A stretch of 64,000 nt of DNA from a virus (IMGVR_UViG_3300048598_000131); one strand, 5' to 3'; shown: positions 25,301 to 35,028, counted from the stretch's first letter. Notes: generated by a model not told the origin, from the sequence alone. Numbers and translations are program-made.

Positions 25301-28159
25301 ATGGCAATCACTAATAACCTTAAAAAGGGTATAGATTTACCGACATGGGAATGGCTTAGATTTCAACCAGCTGTAAGCACAGCAGGCACAGTAATGTGTA
25401 CTTCAGATGACGGATCTGATCGGTACATCTATTACTTGAATACTACTACATTTTATCGTTATGATGCTTGGACTGACGGCTGGCAAACGCTAGCTCCTGC
25501 CATAACAGCCCCATCGACAGCAGCTTCTTTAAAATATACAGTGTATGGAGGATATCGCGGTAACTGCTTAGGTGCCACGTCTAATACAATTACTATTCCT
25601 GGGTTAAAGAATAACGCGCTTTTAGGTTATAAAATTAGAATTTTGTCAGGGACAGGAATGGGGCAGGAAAGAACTATCTCTAGTATAACCGATGCGACTA
25701 TTCAAGATTCAGGCATTATTACTGCGGGTGGCAACACATCTTTAACCGATAGCACTAAGAAATGGGCAATAAATCAATGGGTTGGATATCAAGTGCGCAT
25801 AGTCATGGGCACAGGTCTTTCTCAGATAAGGAAAGTGTTATATAACGATTCAACTAATATATACTGGTATGATGCTAATTACCAGCAGCTTGAACCCTGG
25901 GCCAATACTACGTTACCTACAGCCTTGTCTGCTACAGCTCCAAACCAAGCTCACTACTATATCGAATCATCAATTGCTACTGTTGATTCTAATTGGACAG
26001 TACAACCTGATGCTTCATCTAGCTTTTGCGTGCTAAGCGGTGGCGTTTGGTATCTCACATCGGCTACAACGACTCCTTACGGTATTCTTTTCTTTTATGA
26101 CGTGGTTAGCGATACTTGGACAACTAAAACAGGTATGTTCGGTGTATTGCCAACATCAGCTTTGACACAAGCAGGTTCTCCAGAATTTCCATTAGAGCGA
26201 ACAGGTGAAGTAGGGGGTGCGTATCTAACAGGCACAGCGACCGCAGCAAGCAATACTGACAGGTCTTTGACTGATTCGTCTAAGGCATTAACCGTGGGAA
26301 TGTACAATAACTATCAAATTCGTATCACAGGAGGTACAGGAATTGGGCAAAGGCGCAGGATAGTTACGTCTACAGCGGATATGTTCTATATTGAATATCC
26401 GTGGGATATCGTTCCAGATACTACTTCAACCTATTCTATTTTTGCGAATGTTGATAATATCTACGTAATGGGTGGATCGAATGGTTCTACTATTTTTAAT
26501 TACTCAGTAGAAAAGGATTTATGGACTTATGGACATGTCATAGATTGTGGCACTGTTACTACCTTTTCTGCGGCTTATGCGGGGCAAGAACCGTTCGGAC
26601 TATCTTCAGGAACACGTAATGCGGGAGGAATTTACACCGTAAATGCAACACCAGTTGCAGCAGGTTCAGGCTATGTTGTAGGAGACCTATTGACATTAAC
26701 TACTGGGGGTTCAAATGGTACTGTTAGAGTTACAGGCATATCAGGACTTGGGGCAATCACATCTGTATCATTATACCGTTGCGGATCTGGTTATTCAACA
26801 GGAACATCAGCAACTTCTGGCGGAACAGGTTCTAGCGCGACAATCAGTATTACAGCGGTTGGTTATACAGGATATCTAACAACAGTCGTAAATCACAATC
26901 TATGTGTGGGAGATTCTGTTGTCATAACGGGTAGTAATGAAACAAATTGGAATAGCACATTCACTCTTATTGGTTGTAACTCTCTTACAACTTTCGAGAT
27001 AGCAATACCTTCGTCTACAGGTTCTGCCGGTCCTAGTACGAATATTACTAGCACAACTATTACTGATTCAACAGCAAGTTGGGCAACGAATGAACTTGCA
27101 GGCTGTATTTGTATGCTTCAGGCACCTGGCACAACGCCAGCCACAGTTTATCAGCGCAGAATTGCAAGTAATGCAGCAACATATCTCACGTTTACCACAA
27201 CAATGGCGTCAAATCCTGTTAGTGGCACTTGGCGTTATGCAATTACGAGGCAATGGGGACTAGGGTCTGACACTCAATATAAGACTGCTAATCAAAGTAA
27301 TACAGGGTTTGCTACAAGTGGAACAACGACTACATTGGTAGATTCTTCAAAAGCTTGGAAAGCAGGTCAATGGCTTGGTTATAAATTAATCGTGGTGTCT
27401 GGCACAGGCTGGGGAACAGGTGAAATAACTATTAATAGTAATTCAACTAATTCTTTAGTTTTTTCTACTCAAACTTTTACACCGGATGCAACTACACGAT
27501 ACATTATTGCAGACGGCTTTGGAACAGCTTCTGCCACAGGTACAACCACAACTTTAATAGATAGCTCTAAAAACTGGATTACCAATCAATGGGCTGGACA
27601 GCAGGTGCGAATGCTCTCTGGAACAGGAGCTGCGCAGTTTTCAACAATTCAAAGCAATACCGCGACAACTTTAACATTTACTGCTGTAACAACAGCACCT
27701 GTGGCCGACACACAATACATGATTCAAGGAGTGCTCCCAAGAGGTGCTGGTTGCAGTAATCAATGGGCCTTTGGCGGGACTGATGCAACTAAAGCAGGTA
27801 AATATCTTTATAGTGCTAGAGGTGGCGGTACTACAGGGTTTGATCGTTATGATATTACGACTAACTTATGGGATATAAACTTATCCGCTTTACCATTAAG
27901 CGAAACGCTCAATACTGGAACAATGGTAGCATATGATGGAGTGAACCGTATTTATTTCACAGTTAATGCCACTGGTCGTGTGCTCTATGTCGATTTGACT
28001 ACGCTAAAGATAGGCTCATTGAGCACAACACCATTTGCTCAGGGCACAGCGCTAACCGGTAATAAAATGGAAATAATTACTACTCCTGATGGCTTGAACT
28101 ATTTGTATGTTATGAGACATACAGGTCAGGAATTCTTCCGAACTCTTATTTTCCTATGA
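25301..28159 (+). CDS. large internally repeated protein (952 aa), probable structural/fibre-like protein
   Basis: At least 5 copies of a roughly 35-aa module T/I-DS-x-K-x-W-x-x-N-Q/E-W/L-x-G-Y/Q-x-x-R-I/M-x-x-G-T-G. Examples: TDSTKKWAINQWVGYQVRIVMGTG, TDSSKALTVGMYNNYQIRITGGTG, VDSSKAWKAGQWLGYKLIVVSGTG, IDSSKNWITNQWAGQQVRMLSGTG. Confidence 0.65.
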   Translation: MAITNNLKKGIDLPTWEWLRFQPAVSTAGTVMCTSDDGSDRYIYYLNTTTFYRYDAWTDGWQTLAPAITAPSTAASLKYTVYGGYRGNCLGATSNTITIPGLKNNALLGYKIRILSGTGMGQERTISSITDATIQDSGIITAGGNTSLTDSTKKWAINQWVGYQVRIVMGTGLSQIRKVLYNDSTNIYWYDANYQQLEPWANTTLPTALSATAPNQAHYYIESSIATVDSNWTVQPDASSSFCVLSGGVWYLTSATTTPYGILFFYDVVSDTWTTKTGMFGVLPTSALTQAGSPEFPLERTGEVGGAYLTGTATAASNTDRSLTDSSKALTVGMYNNYQIRITGGTGIGQRRRIVTSTADMFYIEYPWDIVPDTTSTYSIFANVDNIYVMGGSNGSTIFNYSVEKDLWTYGHVIDCGTVTTFSAAYAGQEPFGLSSGTRNAGGIYTVNATPVAAGSGYVVGDLLTLTTGGSNGTVRVTGISGLGAITSVSLYRCGSGYSTGTSATSGGTGSSATISITAVGYTGYLTTVVNHNLCVGDSVVITGSNETNWNSTFTLIGCNSLTTFEIAIPSSTGSAGPSTNITSTTITDSTASWATNELAGCICMLQAPGTTPATVYQRRIASNAATYLTFTTTMASNPVSGTWRYAITRQWGLGSDTQYKTANQSNTGFATSGTTTTLVDSSKAWKAGQWLGYKLIVVSGTGWGTGEITINSNSTNSLVFSTQTFTPDATTRYIIADGFGTASATGTTTTLIDSSKNWITNQWAGQQVRMLSGTGAAQFSTIQSNTATTLTFTAVTTAPVADTQYMIQGVLPRGAGCSNQWAFGGTDATKAGKYLYSARGGGTTGFDRYDITTNLWDINLSALPLSETLNTGTMVAYDGVNRIYFTVNATGRVLYVDLTTLKIGSLSTTPFAQGTALTGNKMEIITTPDGLNYLYVMRHTGQEFFRTLIFL

Positions 28160-28314
28160 GCATCGATGAACTAGTTCAGATACTAACTAATGAATTAACT
28201 GATCTAATTAACAGGCAACAACTTGCGTTACAACTTGGCGATGTTGATGCCTATACCGAACTAGAGCAAAAGATCGCAGATACTAAGGTTAGTCTGAACA
28301 AACTAAAAAGTTGA
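28156..28314 (+). CDS. possible small coiled-coil protein (52 aa) translationally coupled to the 952-aa gene
   Basis: ATGA start/stop overlap at 28156-28159. Reads MSIDELVQILTNELTDLINRQQLALQLGDVDAYTELEQKIADTKVSLNKLKS. Below the ORF-track size cutoff. Confidence 0.35.
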   Translation: MSIDELVQILTNELTDLINRQQLALQLGDVDAYTELEQKIADTKVSLNKLKS

Positions 28315-28360
28315 TTTATACTAACCGTATAAGGCTTACATCTGATTTTAGCGCGGAAGT

Positions 28361-28400
28361 AAAATTAAATGTTTACAATGGCTAAAATCAAGTGTAAGCT
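28361..28400 (+). promoter_or_regulatory. sigma70-type promoter motif (AAAATTAAATGTTTACA ... TAAGCT)
   Basis: TTTACA at 28372-28377 and TAAGCT at 28395-28400 (17-bp spacer). Confidence 0.4.
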
Positions 28401-28433
28401 CATTTTGTGTACAAATATAGCGTTCTCTAAACT

Positions 28434-28805
28434 ATGAGAAATGATTTGTTGTTAAAGCTAAATCAGATCAGGGAGTCAAGTGACATTCCTACAATGCTCT
28501 TGGCTAGAATTATTCGTTTGATTTATCAGATGCCGTACAACGTGTGTGCGACTGAAATAGCCCAGGTGAATCATAACTGTTTTGAACTTACATGGAACGG
28601 CTGTAGCGGAGAGTTTAATACTGAACTAAAATTAAACATTACAGATAAGACGGCGGATTATGTGTATATTTTGGGTAAGGTTAAAAAGACAGGAAAATTT
28701 GATATCAAAGCTAAAAAAGCACTTAATCCGAGTGTGTTTAATTTAATTAGCGTATTTGTTGAAGATGATAGTCAAACTAATCTAATACAGACAAAGGCGT
28801 TGTAG
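28434..28805 (+). CDS. hypothetical protein
   Basis: 123-aa ORF. Confidence 0.5.
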   Translation: MRNDLLLKLNQIRESSDIPTMLLARIIRLIYQMPYNVCATEIAQVNHNCFELTWNGCSGEFNTELKLNITDKTADYVYILGKVKKTGKFDIKAKKALNPSVFNLISVFVEDDSQTNLIQTKAL

Positions 28806-28854
28806 TCCATCTTAGCTACGCTGATCTATGCGCATAAAATTAAGTAGTTAAAAT

Positions 28855-29229
28855 ATGGATTCTTACTCTACAAATTTAGTTGAAGAAATTAAAAAATATC
28901 TATGCACGCAGTATGACTGTCAATCGTGGGAGGACTTTGTAGATGGGCAAGAAAACGGCGATTGCCAGCTTATTGTGTCCTATATTGCAAGCGAATTTCC
29001 ATCTGTTAAAAAGTGCTTTGGAGAGATTGAACGTGATATTCCTTACATAGATGAAGATGATGAAGAACAAATTCTACAGGTGCATCATTGGGTGGAAATA
29101 TCGGGAAGATATTTCGATTTTTCAAAAGGAACGCTGAAAGATTGTATTAATTTTGAACATATTTACGATCCATATGTAGACGACTGTGATTTATTTCGAT
29201 ACAGGACTATGGCTAGACGTAATCGATAA
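28855..29229 (+). CDS. hypothetical acidic protein
   Basis: 124-aa ORF. Confidence 0.5.
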   Translation: MDSYSTNLVEEIKKYLCTQYDCQSWEDFVDGQENGDCQLIVSYIASEFPSVKKCFGEIERDIPYIDEDDEEQILQVHHWVEISGRYFDFSKGTLKDCINFEHIYDPYVDDCDLFRYRTMARRNR

Positions 29230-29239
29230 GGACTAATGT

Positions 29240-29506
29240 ATGTGTGACTCTGATATTAGAGGCGAAGGTCTTATAACTGCTGGCGGTACGTTCGGACCGC
29301 GCAAACCATTCGAAATTGAGTCTTCGTGCCTGATTTTGGTTGCTAGAGTAAAAGAAGATCAATGGTGTACAACGATAAACTATGAGGCTTACTCAGACTC
29401 TGATCTTACGTACATGCAACAGGCGACTTTAAAAATCTGGTGCAAGAACCAAGGATTAGACTATGACCGGTTTTTGGAGAAAAATTTACTTGGTATAGAA
29501 AGCTAA
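29240..29506 (+). CDS. hypothetical protein
   Basis: 88-aa ORF. Confidence 0.45.
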   Translation: MCDSDIRGEGLITAGGTFGPRKPFEIESSCLILVARVKEDQWCTTINYEAYSDSDLTYMQQATLKIWCKNQGLDYDRFLEKNLLGIES

Positions 29507-29728
29507 TAACTATGGAATTCTTGTTCGAATACCACATAGACATGTTGCTATTAACGCCTTCAGTGCGACTTGTGCGTGGTACGTGCACAAATCCGGCGTG
29601 TAAGGCTAATCACTATATGTTGGAAATTGGATGGTTCTTTTGGACGATAGGCTTAGCGCGGTAGCGCTATACCAATTTATATCATGTTATAACCACTTTT
29701 GGATATAACCTGATATAAATGATTATAA

Positions 29729-30058
29729 TTGAACGGTATGAAAGAAAAAGAGCAGCTAAAGCCAAATTATGCACCTGTGTATGCAGCAGCGCTCTATCCT
29801 GGACTTGCACGTATAGCTCATCAGCACGGTTATGCTCTTGCTGCGCATGGTTCTTGCGCAAACGATTTTGATTTGATTTTTGTACCGTGGACAGAGCAAT
29901 GTTCGTCTATGGACACTGTTGTTAAGGAAATTACGACAGAATTTGCCATTACGGAATGCGGCAGTCCGTCAGTGCGACCGCACGGCAGGATAAGCCGGTT
30001 CTTTTCAGTCGGTTTTGGAAGATGCGCGCTAGATATTTCCTTTTTTCCACAGGTGTAA
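29729..30058 (+). CDS. hypothetical protein
   Basis: 109-aa ORF following a 220-bp non-coding gap. Confidence 0.5.
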   Translation: MNGMKEKEQLKPNYAPVYAAALYPGLARIAHQHGYALAAHGSCANDFDLIFVPWTEQCSSMDTVVKEITTEFAITECGSPSVRPHGRISRFFSVGFGRCALDISFFPQV

Positions 30059-30173
30059 ATGTAGCTACACTTAAAATAATTAAAAAATAATGTAGACAGT
30101 TAATCAAAAGTGTGCAATAGGTTATTAAGTGTTAGATTTATACTAACTTAAAATTAACTTAAAACAAAGTACC

Positions 30174-30419
30174 ATGGCTAAAAATACAAAAAATAAAACG
30201 GTCCGCTCTGCCGGACAAAAACTGATCAGTATCCCTGTGTCGGATGATTTCATGTACGCAGTGGATGAAGGCCTGCCAAAAGTTGGGTTCGCTTCGCGTT
30301 CAGAGATGATTCGCATGGCGATCATCAAGCTTTACGAAGCAAATGGGATCAAAATTGATCCCAGCTTGGCTATGCCACCGTCTCGTGTAGGCAAAGGTGG
30401 CCGTCCTCCCAAAAAGTAA
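30174..30419 (+). CDS. ribbon-helix-helix (CopG/Arc-like) DNA-binding protein with basic C-terminal tail
   Basis: ISIPVSDDFMYAVDE....GFASRSEMIRMAIIKLYE gives the beta-strand, helix and helix pattern of RHH. Ends GKGGRPPKK. Preceded by the AATTAAAAAATAATGTAGACA promoter-like motif at 30078-30098. Confidence 0.55.
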   Translation: MAKNTKNKTVRSAGQKLISIPVSDDFMYAVDEGLPKVGFASRSEMIRMAIIKLYEANGIKIDPSLAMPPSRVGKGGRPPKK

Positions 30420-30494
30420 TATCTGAAATCTACGCGGACGGCAGCGTGTAATCGCCGTGGCAGCTCGGAAAGACGAGCCTTCTTAAAATTCCCT

Positions 30495-31532
30495 ATGAAA
30501 AACAAAAGAGATATTCTGTACTCAGATGACGGCGATAAGTCGCAGATTAAATCCAGTGTATTTGAATCAGCATCAGCGGTTGAGCTGGTGCTTTTATTTG
30601 TGATTATAGCCATGGTGTTGGTGTTTGGAGCTATGAGCACGGTGTTTACTGTGGCCGCTAGTGATGAGGCTGTTGTGACACAATTTGGAGCATACGACCG
30701 GACTGTCGGCCCGGGCATTCACATGAAATTTCCATGGATCGAGAACGTTCGAAAAGTTCCTGTCAAAAGCCAGCTACGCATGGAATTTGGCTTTAGAACA
30801 GGCGCTACACGCGATACAGAGCAGCGGGCTGGCGGTGGTAGTCGTAATCGCACACATTATACAGATGCGCCTAAAGATGAGGCTGAAGTGCTTACAGGAG
30901 ACTTATATGTCATTCACCTAGAGTGGAGCACGCAGTTTCGAATCACGTCAGCTAAAGATTGGCTGTTTAGCTTGCGAGATCCATTAGCTACATTTGCTGA
31001 CTTGAATGAAGCTACGGTGCGCGAAATACTTGGTGATCGCACGTTTGATGAGGCTCTAACCACAGGTAGAACTGAGATACAAGAAGAAGTGCACCGAGTC
31101 TTGCAAGCTAGGTGTAAGCTGTATGGATTACCCATAACTGTGGATCAAGTCATTTTGCAGGATGTGGCGCCGCCAGCATCAGTGCAACAAGCGTTCATTG
31201 AAGTGAATGGCGCACTTCAAGAGAAAGAGACGTTGATCAATAACGCTCAAAAGGAATATAACGCTGTAATTCCAAAAGCTAGAGGAGAGGCCATTGCTCT
31301 AGTCTCTAAAGCAATTGGAAATGCCACGGAGCAAACAAATAAAGCTTACGGTGATATTGCGCGGTTCAGGGCGCTATACGCGTCATACACGAACTCACCG
31401 GAAATGACGCGAATTCAGCTTTATATCGATGCGATGAATTCGTTTAGTACTTGCGGTGTGTCAAAAGTAGTCGTTGATGATAAGTTGCCGCCTGGTTTTA
31501 TCTATGCTCCAAACCTTAAGTTAACAAAGTAA
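30495..31532 (+). CDS. SPFH/band-7 protein, HflK-like
   Basis: N-terminal TM, then VVTQFGAYDRTVGPGIHMKFPWIENVRKVPVKSQ and ...AQKEYNAVIPKARGEA..., which are typical of HflK. Confidence 0.75.
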   Translation: MKNKRDILYSDDGDKSQIKSSVFESASAVELVLLFVIIAMVLVFGAMSTVFTVAASDEAVVTQFGAYDRTVGPGIHMKFPWIENVRKVPVKSQLRMEFGFRTGATRDTEQRAGGGSRNRTHYTDAPKDEAEVLTGDLYVIHLEWSTQFRITSAKDWLFSLRDPLATFADLNEATVREILGDRTFDEALTTGRTEIQEEVHRVLQARCKLYGLPITVDQVILQDVAPPASVQQAFIEVNGALQEKETLINNAQKEYNAVIPKARGEAIALVSKAIGNATEQTNKAYGDIARFRALYASYTNSPEMTRIQLYIDAMNSFSTCGVSKVVVDDKLPPGFIYAPNLKLTK

Positions 31533-31544
31533 TCTGTACAAATT

Positions 31545-32471
31545 ATGAAACGTTTAAGCTTAATCGTAATGACAGTTATGGCCTTTTTCTTGCTGTCGCT
31601 CATCATGGGATGCTATTGGATAGTTGAAGAAGGCAATCAAGGTTTTTTGACCACGTTTGGAAAGCCCGCTAGTGCAACTTATACGAATGCAGGGTATTAT
31701 GTAAAGTTTCCATTTATTCAGTCAGAACATATCTTTGAAAAGCGTGTTTTGGATTGGGATGGAAATCCAAACCTAGTATCAACCAGAGATAAGCGAATGA
31801 TTTACATTGATCCGTTCGCTCGTTGGAGAATTACGGATGCTAAGACATTCTATAGCAAATTTGTGGACGAAAGCACAGCTATTGTGCGCCTGGACGACGT
31901 GTTAGATGGCGCTACGAAAACTGTTGTTGCTGAGCACGATTTAGCGGATGTAGTCAGGTCTAAGCCGCGCAAAGACGATCCAACTCTAGTGACTTTTAGC
32001 TCTGGAAGAGAACAACTAGAGTCGGAGATATTGGCTTTGGCTAGATCGAGCATCACCAATTGGGGAATTGAAATCCTGGACGTGCGTTTGCAGCGCGTTA
32101 AATATGAATCAGATAACTTGGCAAAGATTACTGTACGTATGGCCGCAGAGCGCAGAGCTGTTGCCGAGAAATACCGGTCAGAAGGACAAGGTGAAGCCGA
32201 GCAAATCCTTGGCAATAGGGACAAAGAGCAAAAGGTGTTAATGTCTGATGCTCAGCGTAAAAGTGCAGAGATAGCAGGTAAAGCCTTGGAAAAGTCTATG
32301 GCGATCTATGCGAGTATTGTGCAAGATAGTCAAGGTAATCCGAGCGCAGATGCTGAAAGGCTTTATGAATATAGCGCGATGCTATCTTTATATACTAAGA
32401 TGTTTTCAACTAATGATGTTGTTGTTCTATCTACAACAAACAGCTTTTTGACGCACCTCAAGGGAAAATAG
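31545..32471 (+). CDS. SPFH/band-7 protein, HflC-like
   Basis: N-terminal TM, then GNQGFLTTFGKP...YYVKFPFIQSEHIFEKRVLDWDG...WRITDAKTFY, which matches the HflC pattern. Adjacent to the HflK-like gene, as in bacterial hflKC operons. Confidence 0.75.
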   Translation: MKRLSLIVMTVMAFFLLSLIMGCYWIVEEGNQGFLTTFGKPASATYTNAGYYVKFPFIQSEHIFEKRVLDWDGNPNLVSTRDKRMIYIDPFARWRITDAKTFYSKFVDESTAIVRLDDVLDGATKTVVAEHDLADVVRSKPRKDDPTLVTFSSGREQLESEILALARSSITNWGIEILDVRLQRVKYESDNLAKITVRMAAERRAVAEKYRSEGQGEAEQILGNRDKEQKVLMSDAQRKSAEIAGKALEKSMAIYASIVQDSQGNPSADAERLYEYSAMLSLYTKMFSTNDVVVLSTTNSFLTHLKGK

Positions 32472-32476
32472 CACGT

Positions 32477-32510
32477 AATCCCTTGGGCTAATTCGGCTCA
32501 AGGGATTTTT
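32477..32510 (+). terminator. rho-independent terminator after the HflKC-like pair
   Basis: AATCCCTTG ggctaattcggct CAAGGGATT, then TTT. Confidence 0.7.
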
Positions 32511-32550
32511 AAATATTTTTGTTTACTTTTAGCTAAAAGTCTGTAGATTA
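32511..32550 (+). promoter_or_regulatory. sigma70-type promoter (ATATTTTTGTTTACT ... TAGATT)
   Basis: TTTACT at 32522-32527 and TAGATT at 32544-32549. Confidence 0.4.
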
Positions 32551-32555
32551 CTGTT

Positions 32556-32834
32556 ATGCAAGAAAAAGTCTATATCACCTACGATGCTTTAACAAAGGGC
32601 ATAGTTTGCGCAAATGCCGAAGTGTGCGGTAGCAATCACGAAGACATTTCTGTGCACATACCATATTCTCTTTATGTAAAGTATTACAAAAAAGGAGATT
32701 GGTTTCGCACGAAGGAGGAGGCCGTAGCTAGAGCCGAAGCAATGCGCAAAAAGCGAATAGCTTTGATTAACCGGCAGTTGGAAAAGTTGTCTAAGCTGGA
32801 TTACAACGTGATCTGTGATCGCACAGTTTCTTAA
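32556..32834 (+). CDS. small protein, paralog family D (member 1)
   Basis: MQEKVYITYDALTKGIVCANAEV...WFRTKEEAVARAEAMRKKRIALINRQLEKLSKL. Confidence 0.55.
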   Translation: MQEKVYITYDALTKGIVCANAEVCGSNHEDISVHIPYSLYVKYYKKGDWFRTKEEAVARAEAMRKKRIALINRQLEKLSKLDYNVICDRTVS

Positions 32835-32875
32835 TCACTTTTGTGCATGCTTAAATAACTTAGAAAGTTTAATCT

Positions 32876-33136
32876 ATGAAAGAAAAATTTTATGTCACGA
32901 ACTATGCCCTAACAAAGGGAATATTGTGTATGACAGGTGAGGTAGACGCTAGCAGACAAGATGTGCTTATTTCGGGTTTTCAATTTTTTCACAAAAATGA
33001 GTGGTTTCGAACGAAGGAGGAGGCTGTAGCTAGAGTTGAAGCTATGCGTCAGGAGAAGATTGAGTCCATTAATCGGCAATTGGCTAAGTTGACTAAAATG
33101 GATGTTACAAAGGTTACAGACACTACTACAGACTAG
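32876..33136 (+). CDS. small protein, paralog family D (member 2)
   Basis: MKEKFYVTNYALTKGILCMTGEV...WFRTKEEAVARVEAMRQEKIESINRQLAKLTKM. Confidence 0.55.
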   Translation: MKEKFYVTNYALTKGILCMTGEVDASRQDVLISGFQFFHKNEWFRTKEEAVARVEAMRQEKIESINRQLAKLTKMDVTKVTDTTTD

Positions 33137-33155
33137 ATACTTATAAATTAGTGCT

Positions 33156-33413
33156 ATGCAAGAAAAAGTTTACATCACGAAGTACGCGCTGACTAAAGGC
33201 ATTTATCATTTATCTGCGGAAATTGATGGAAAGTATGCGCATGCTACATTGCCGGGGGCGCACTTTCCTTCGGTGTTTTCTGCTAGCGAGTGGACTCGTT
33301 CGAAAATAGACGCTGAAGATAGGGCCACTGATATGCGCTGCAAGAAAATTAAGGCTTTAGAAAGAAAAGCAGCTGTGTTAGTTAGGATAAATACAAAAAT
33401 TGTGGAGATTTAA
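33156..33413 (+). CDS. small protein, paralog family D (member 3)
   Basis: MQEKVYITKYALTKGIYHLSAEI... Confidence 0.5.
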   Translation: MQEKVYITKYALTKGIYHLSAEIDGKYAHATLPGAHFPSVFSASEWTRSKIDAEDRATDMRCKKIKALERKAAVLVRINTKIVEI

Positions 33414-33415
33414 TT

Positions 33416-33694
33416 ATGGAAAAACAAATTTATGGAGAGCGTAAAGGCTATTGGCACACACGGTGCCATACGGATGATCACGGGCATGATATCGCGTGCC
33501 GGATCATGACGCCTGATAACGGAGCTATCTACGCTAAAACTGAGGCTGACGCAATCTGGCTTTGCCATCAGCTTAACACACTTACAACTCAAGTTGAATC
33601 TCTTACAGCTTGTTGTAAGATTTTGGACGCTAAAGTGAAGGAATGTTCTAGGCAACCACATCATGAGCAAGAATCAGACATTATTTACAAATAA
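33416..33694 (+). CDS. hypothetical His/Cys-rich small protein
   Basis: 92-aa ORF. Confidence 0.4.
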   Translation: MEKQIYGERKGYWHTRCHTDDHGHDIACRIMTPDNGAIYAKTEADAIWLCHQLNTLTTQVESLTACCKILDAKVKECSRQPHHEQESDIIYK

Positions 33695-33706
33695 TGTCTA
33701 AAGCAT

Positions 33707-34036
33707 ATGAGAGTTACCAGCGATGAAGCTAAGTTTGCAGTGCTTGGATATCTTACCGGAGGTAGTGGCATGTTCGAACGTAAATTATCTAAAGAAGATT
33801 TGTCTGAAAGTGAAGATTTACTTCGTGAGATACTGCGCGAGTTACAGCATATTTCACGGTGCGTAGAGGCATGCGCAAAGAACAATTTAGCCACAGCAGA
33901 AGAGGTGGAAAGTGTAAAGAACTTGATAGTCGCGGACATGACGTATCGAAACGTTCCTCTGGTGGTCTACACTGAAATTCCTGAAAGCTTAAGAAATGTT
34001 AAAATAGACGAGAGTAAAGATCGCATTGACATCTAA
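33707..34036 (+). CDS. hypothetical protein
   Basis: 109-aa ORF. Confidence 0.45.
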   Translation: MRVTSDEAKFAVLGYLTGGSGMFERKLSKEDLSESEDLLREILRELQHISRCVEACAKNNLATAEEVESVKNLIVADMTYRNVPLVVYTEIPESLRNVKIDESKDRIDI

Positions 34037-34140
34037 GATAAGTCTTAGCCTCATGAATTTTAAATATTCATACGCGGTATTTGAGCTATTCATAATCATA
34101 CTCGCGTTGCTGGTTATAGCCCAGCTTACAATTTTATACT

Positions 34141-34494
34141 ATGACATTATTAAATAGTTATACAGATGGAAAGAAACAAGTAACAGCATACATTGTAAAA
34201 GATGCAGTAAACACAGGAATTATATGCGCTACAGGGTGCGTGTATAAAAGGTCTCCGCATACCCTATACGCCGTGGTCAACGGACGAGAATGTGTGTATA
34301 AACAGAGTGAGTGGGACTATTCAAAAGAAGAAGCAGAGAAGAAAGCCTTGCGTTTAAAAACTGATTATCTTCTGAAAGGCCAGAAGATATTAACCACGAA
34401 ACTAGGCCATCTTGTTCGGCTCCAGCAAGAGATCGACGCATTTAAACGGCAACTAAAAACTGTGGAAGATCGGCCTCTATACGCCGCATCCTAA
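34141..34494 (+). CDS. small protein, paralog family D (member 4, divergent)
   Basis: TAYIVKDAVNTGIICATGCV...SEWDYSKEEAEKKALRLK follows the same YxTxxALTKGIxC...W..(S/T)KEEA pattern. Confidence 0.5.
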   Translation: MTLLNSYTDGKKQVTAYIVKDAVNTGIICATGCVYKRSPHTLYAVVNGRECVYKQSEWDYSKEEAEKKALRLKTDYLLKGQKILTTKLGHLVRLQQEIDAFKRQLKTVEDRPLYAAS

Positions 34495-34683
34495 ATATAT
34501 ATTATGTCAGCTACATCTTACTATTTGGCGCTGGGCGTAGTTGCTCTATGTAATTTTTTACTCATAGTCGTGCTTTTGTGCAATCGGCCTCGTAGCGACG
34601 AAGAAATGCTAAGACCGAATAAGCCTGCGCCTAAAGCGGATGATGCCGATTACTGCCGTGATCGTGTAGATTCTATTTGAAAT

Positions 34684-35028
34684 ATGGCCTACGTGCTATC
34701 AGATGACTACTACAATCTCAATAAGGGACAACCTATTGAGATTGTTTCATTTAAGGCATCAATAGATGAAGCTTGGGCATTATTTAATCGGAGATTGTTC
34801 AAGCTTCCAATGTCTATGCTTAGGCATAGACCTGATGTTGGAGAGAGCGTTCTTGTGCACAATAGAGATAGGATTTTGGAACGTTTACCCGTAGTAGCCG
34901 TATTAGATAGTCAGTATTTAATTAAATCTGGATTATCTGTCTATCGCGCCTACGACGTTCTGAATTATGGGCACGAATACTGGGCAGAGAAAAGCCTGCC
35001 TAGTCATTGGAAAGAATTGCTATGCTAA
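34684..35028 (+). CDS. hypothetical protein
   Basis: 114-aa ORF. Confidence 0.5.
   Translation: MAYVLSDDYYNLNKGQPIEIVSFKASIDEAWALFNRRLFKLPMSMLRHRPDVGESVLVHNRDRILERLPVVAVLDSQYLIKSGLSVYRAYDVLNYGHEYWAEKSLPSHWKELLC

Noticed and set aside
29507-29728. 220-bp gap with small local inverted repeats (AGCGCggtAGCGCT) as a possible ncRNA
   Set aside because: The stems are short (5-7 bp) and there are no flanking promoter or terminator signals. Insufficient evidence.
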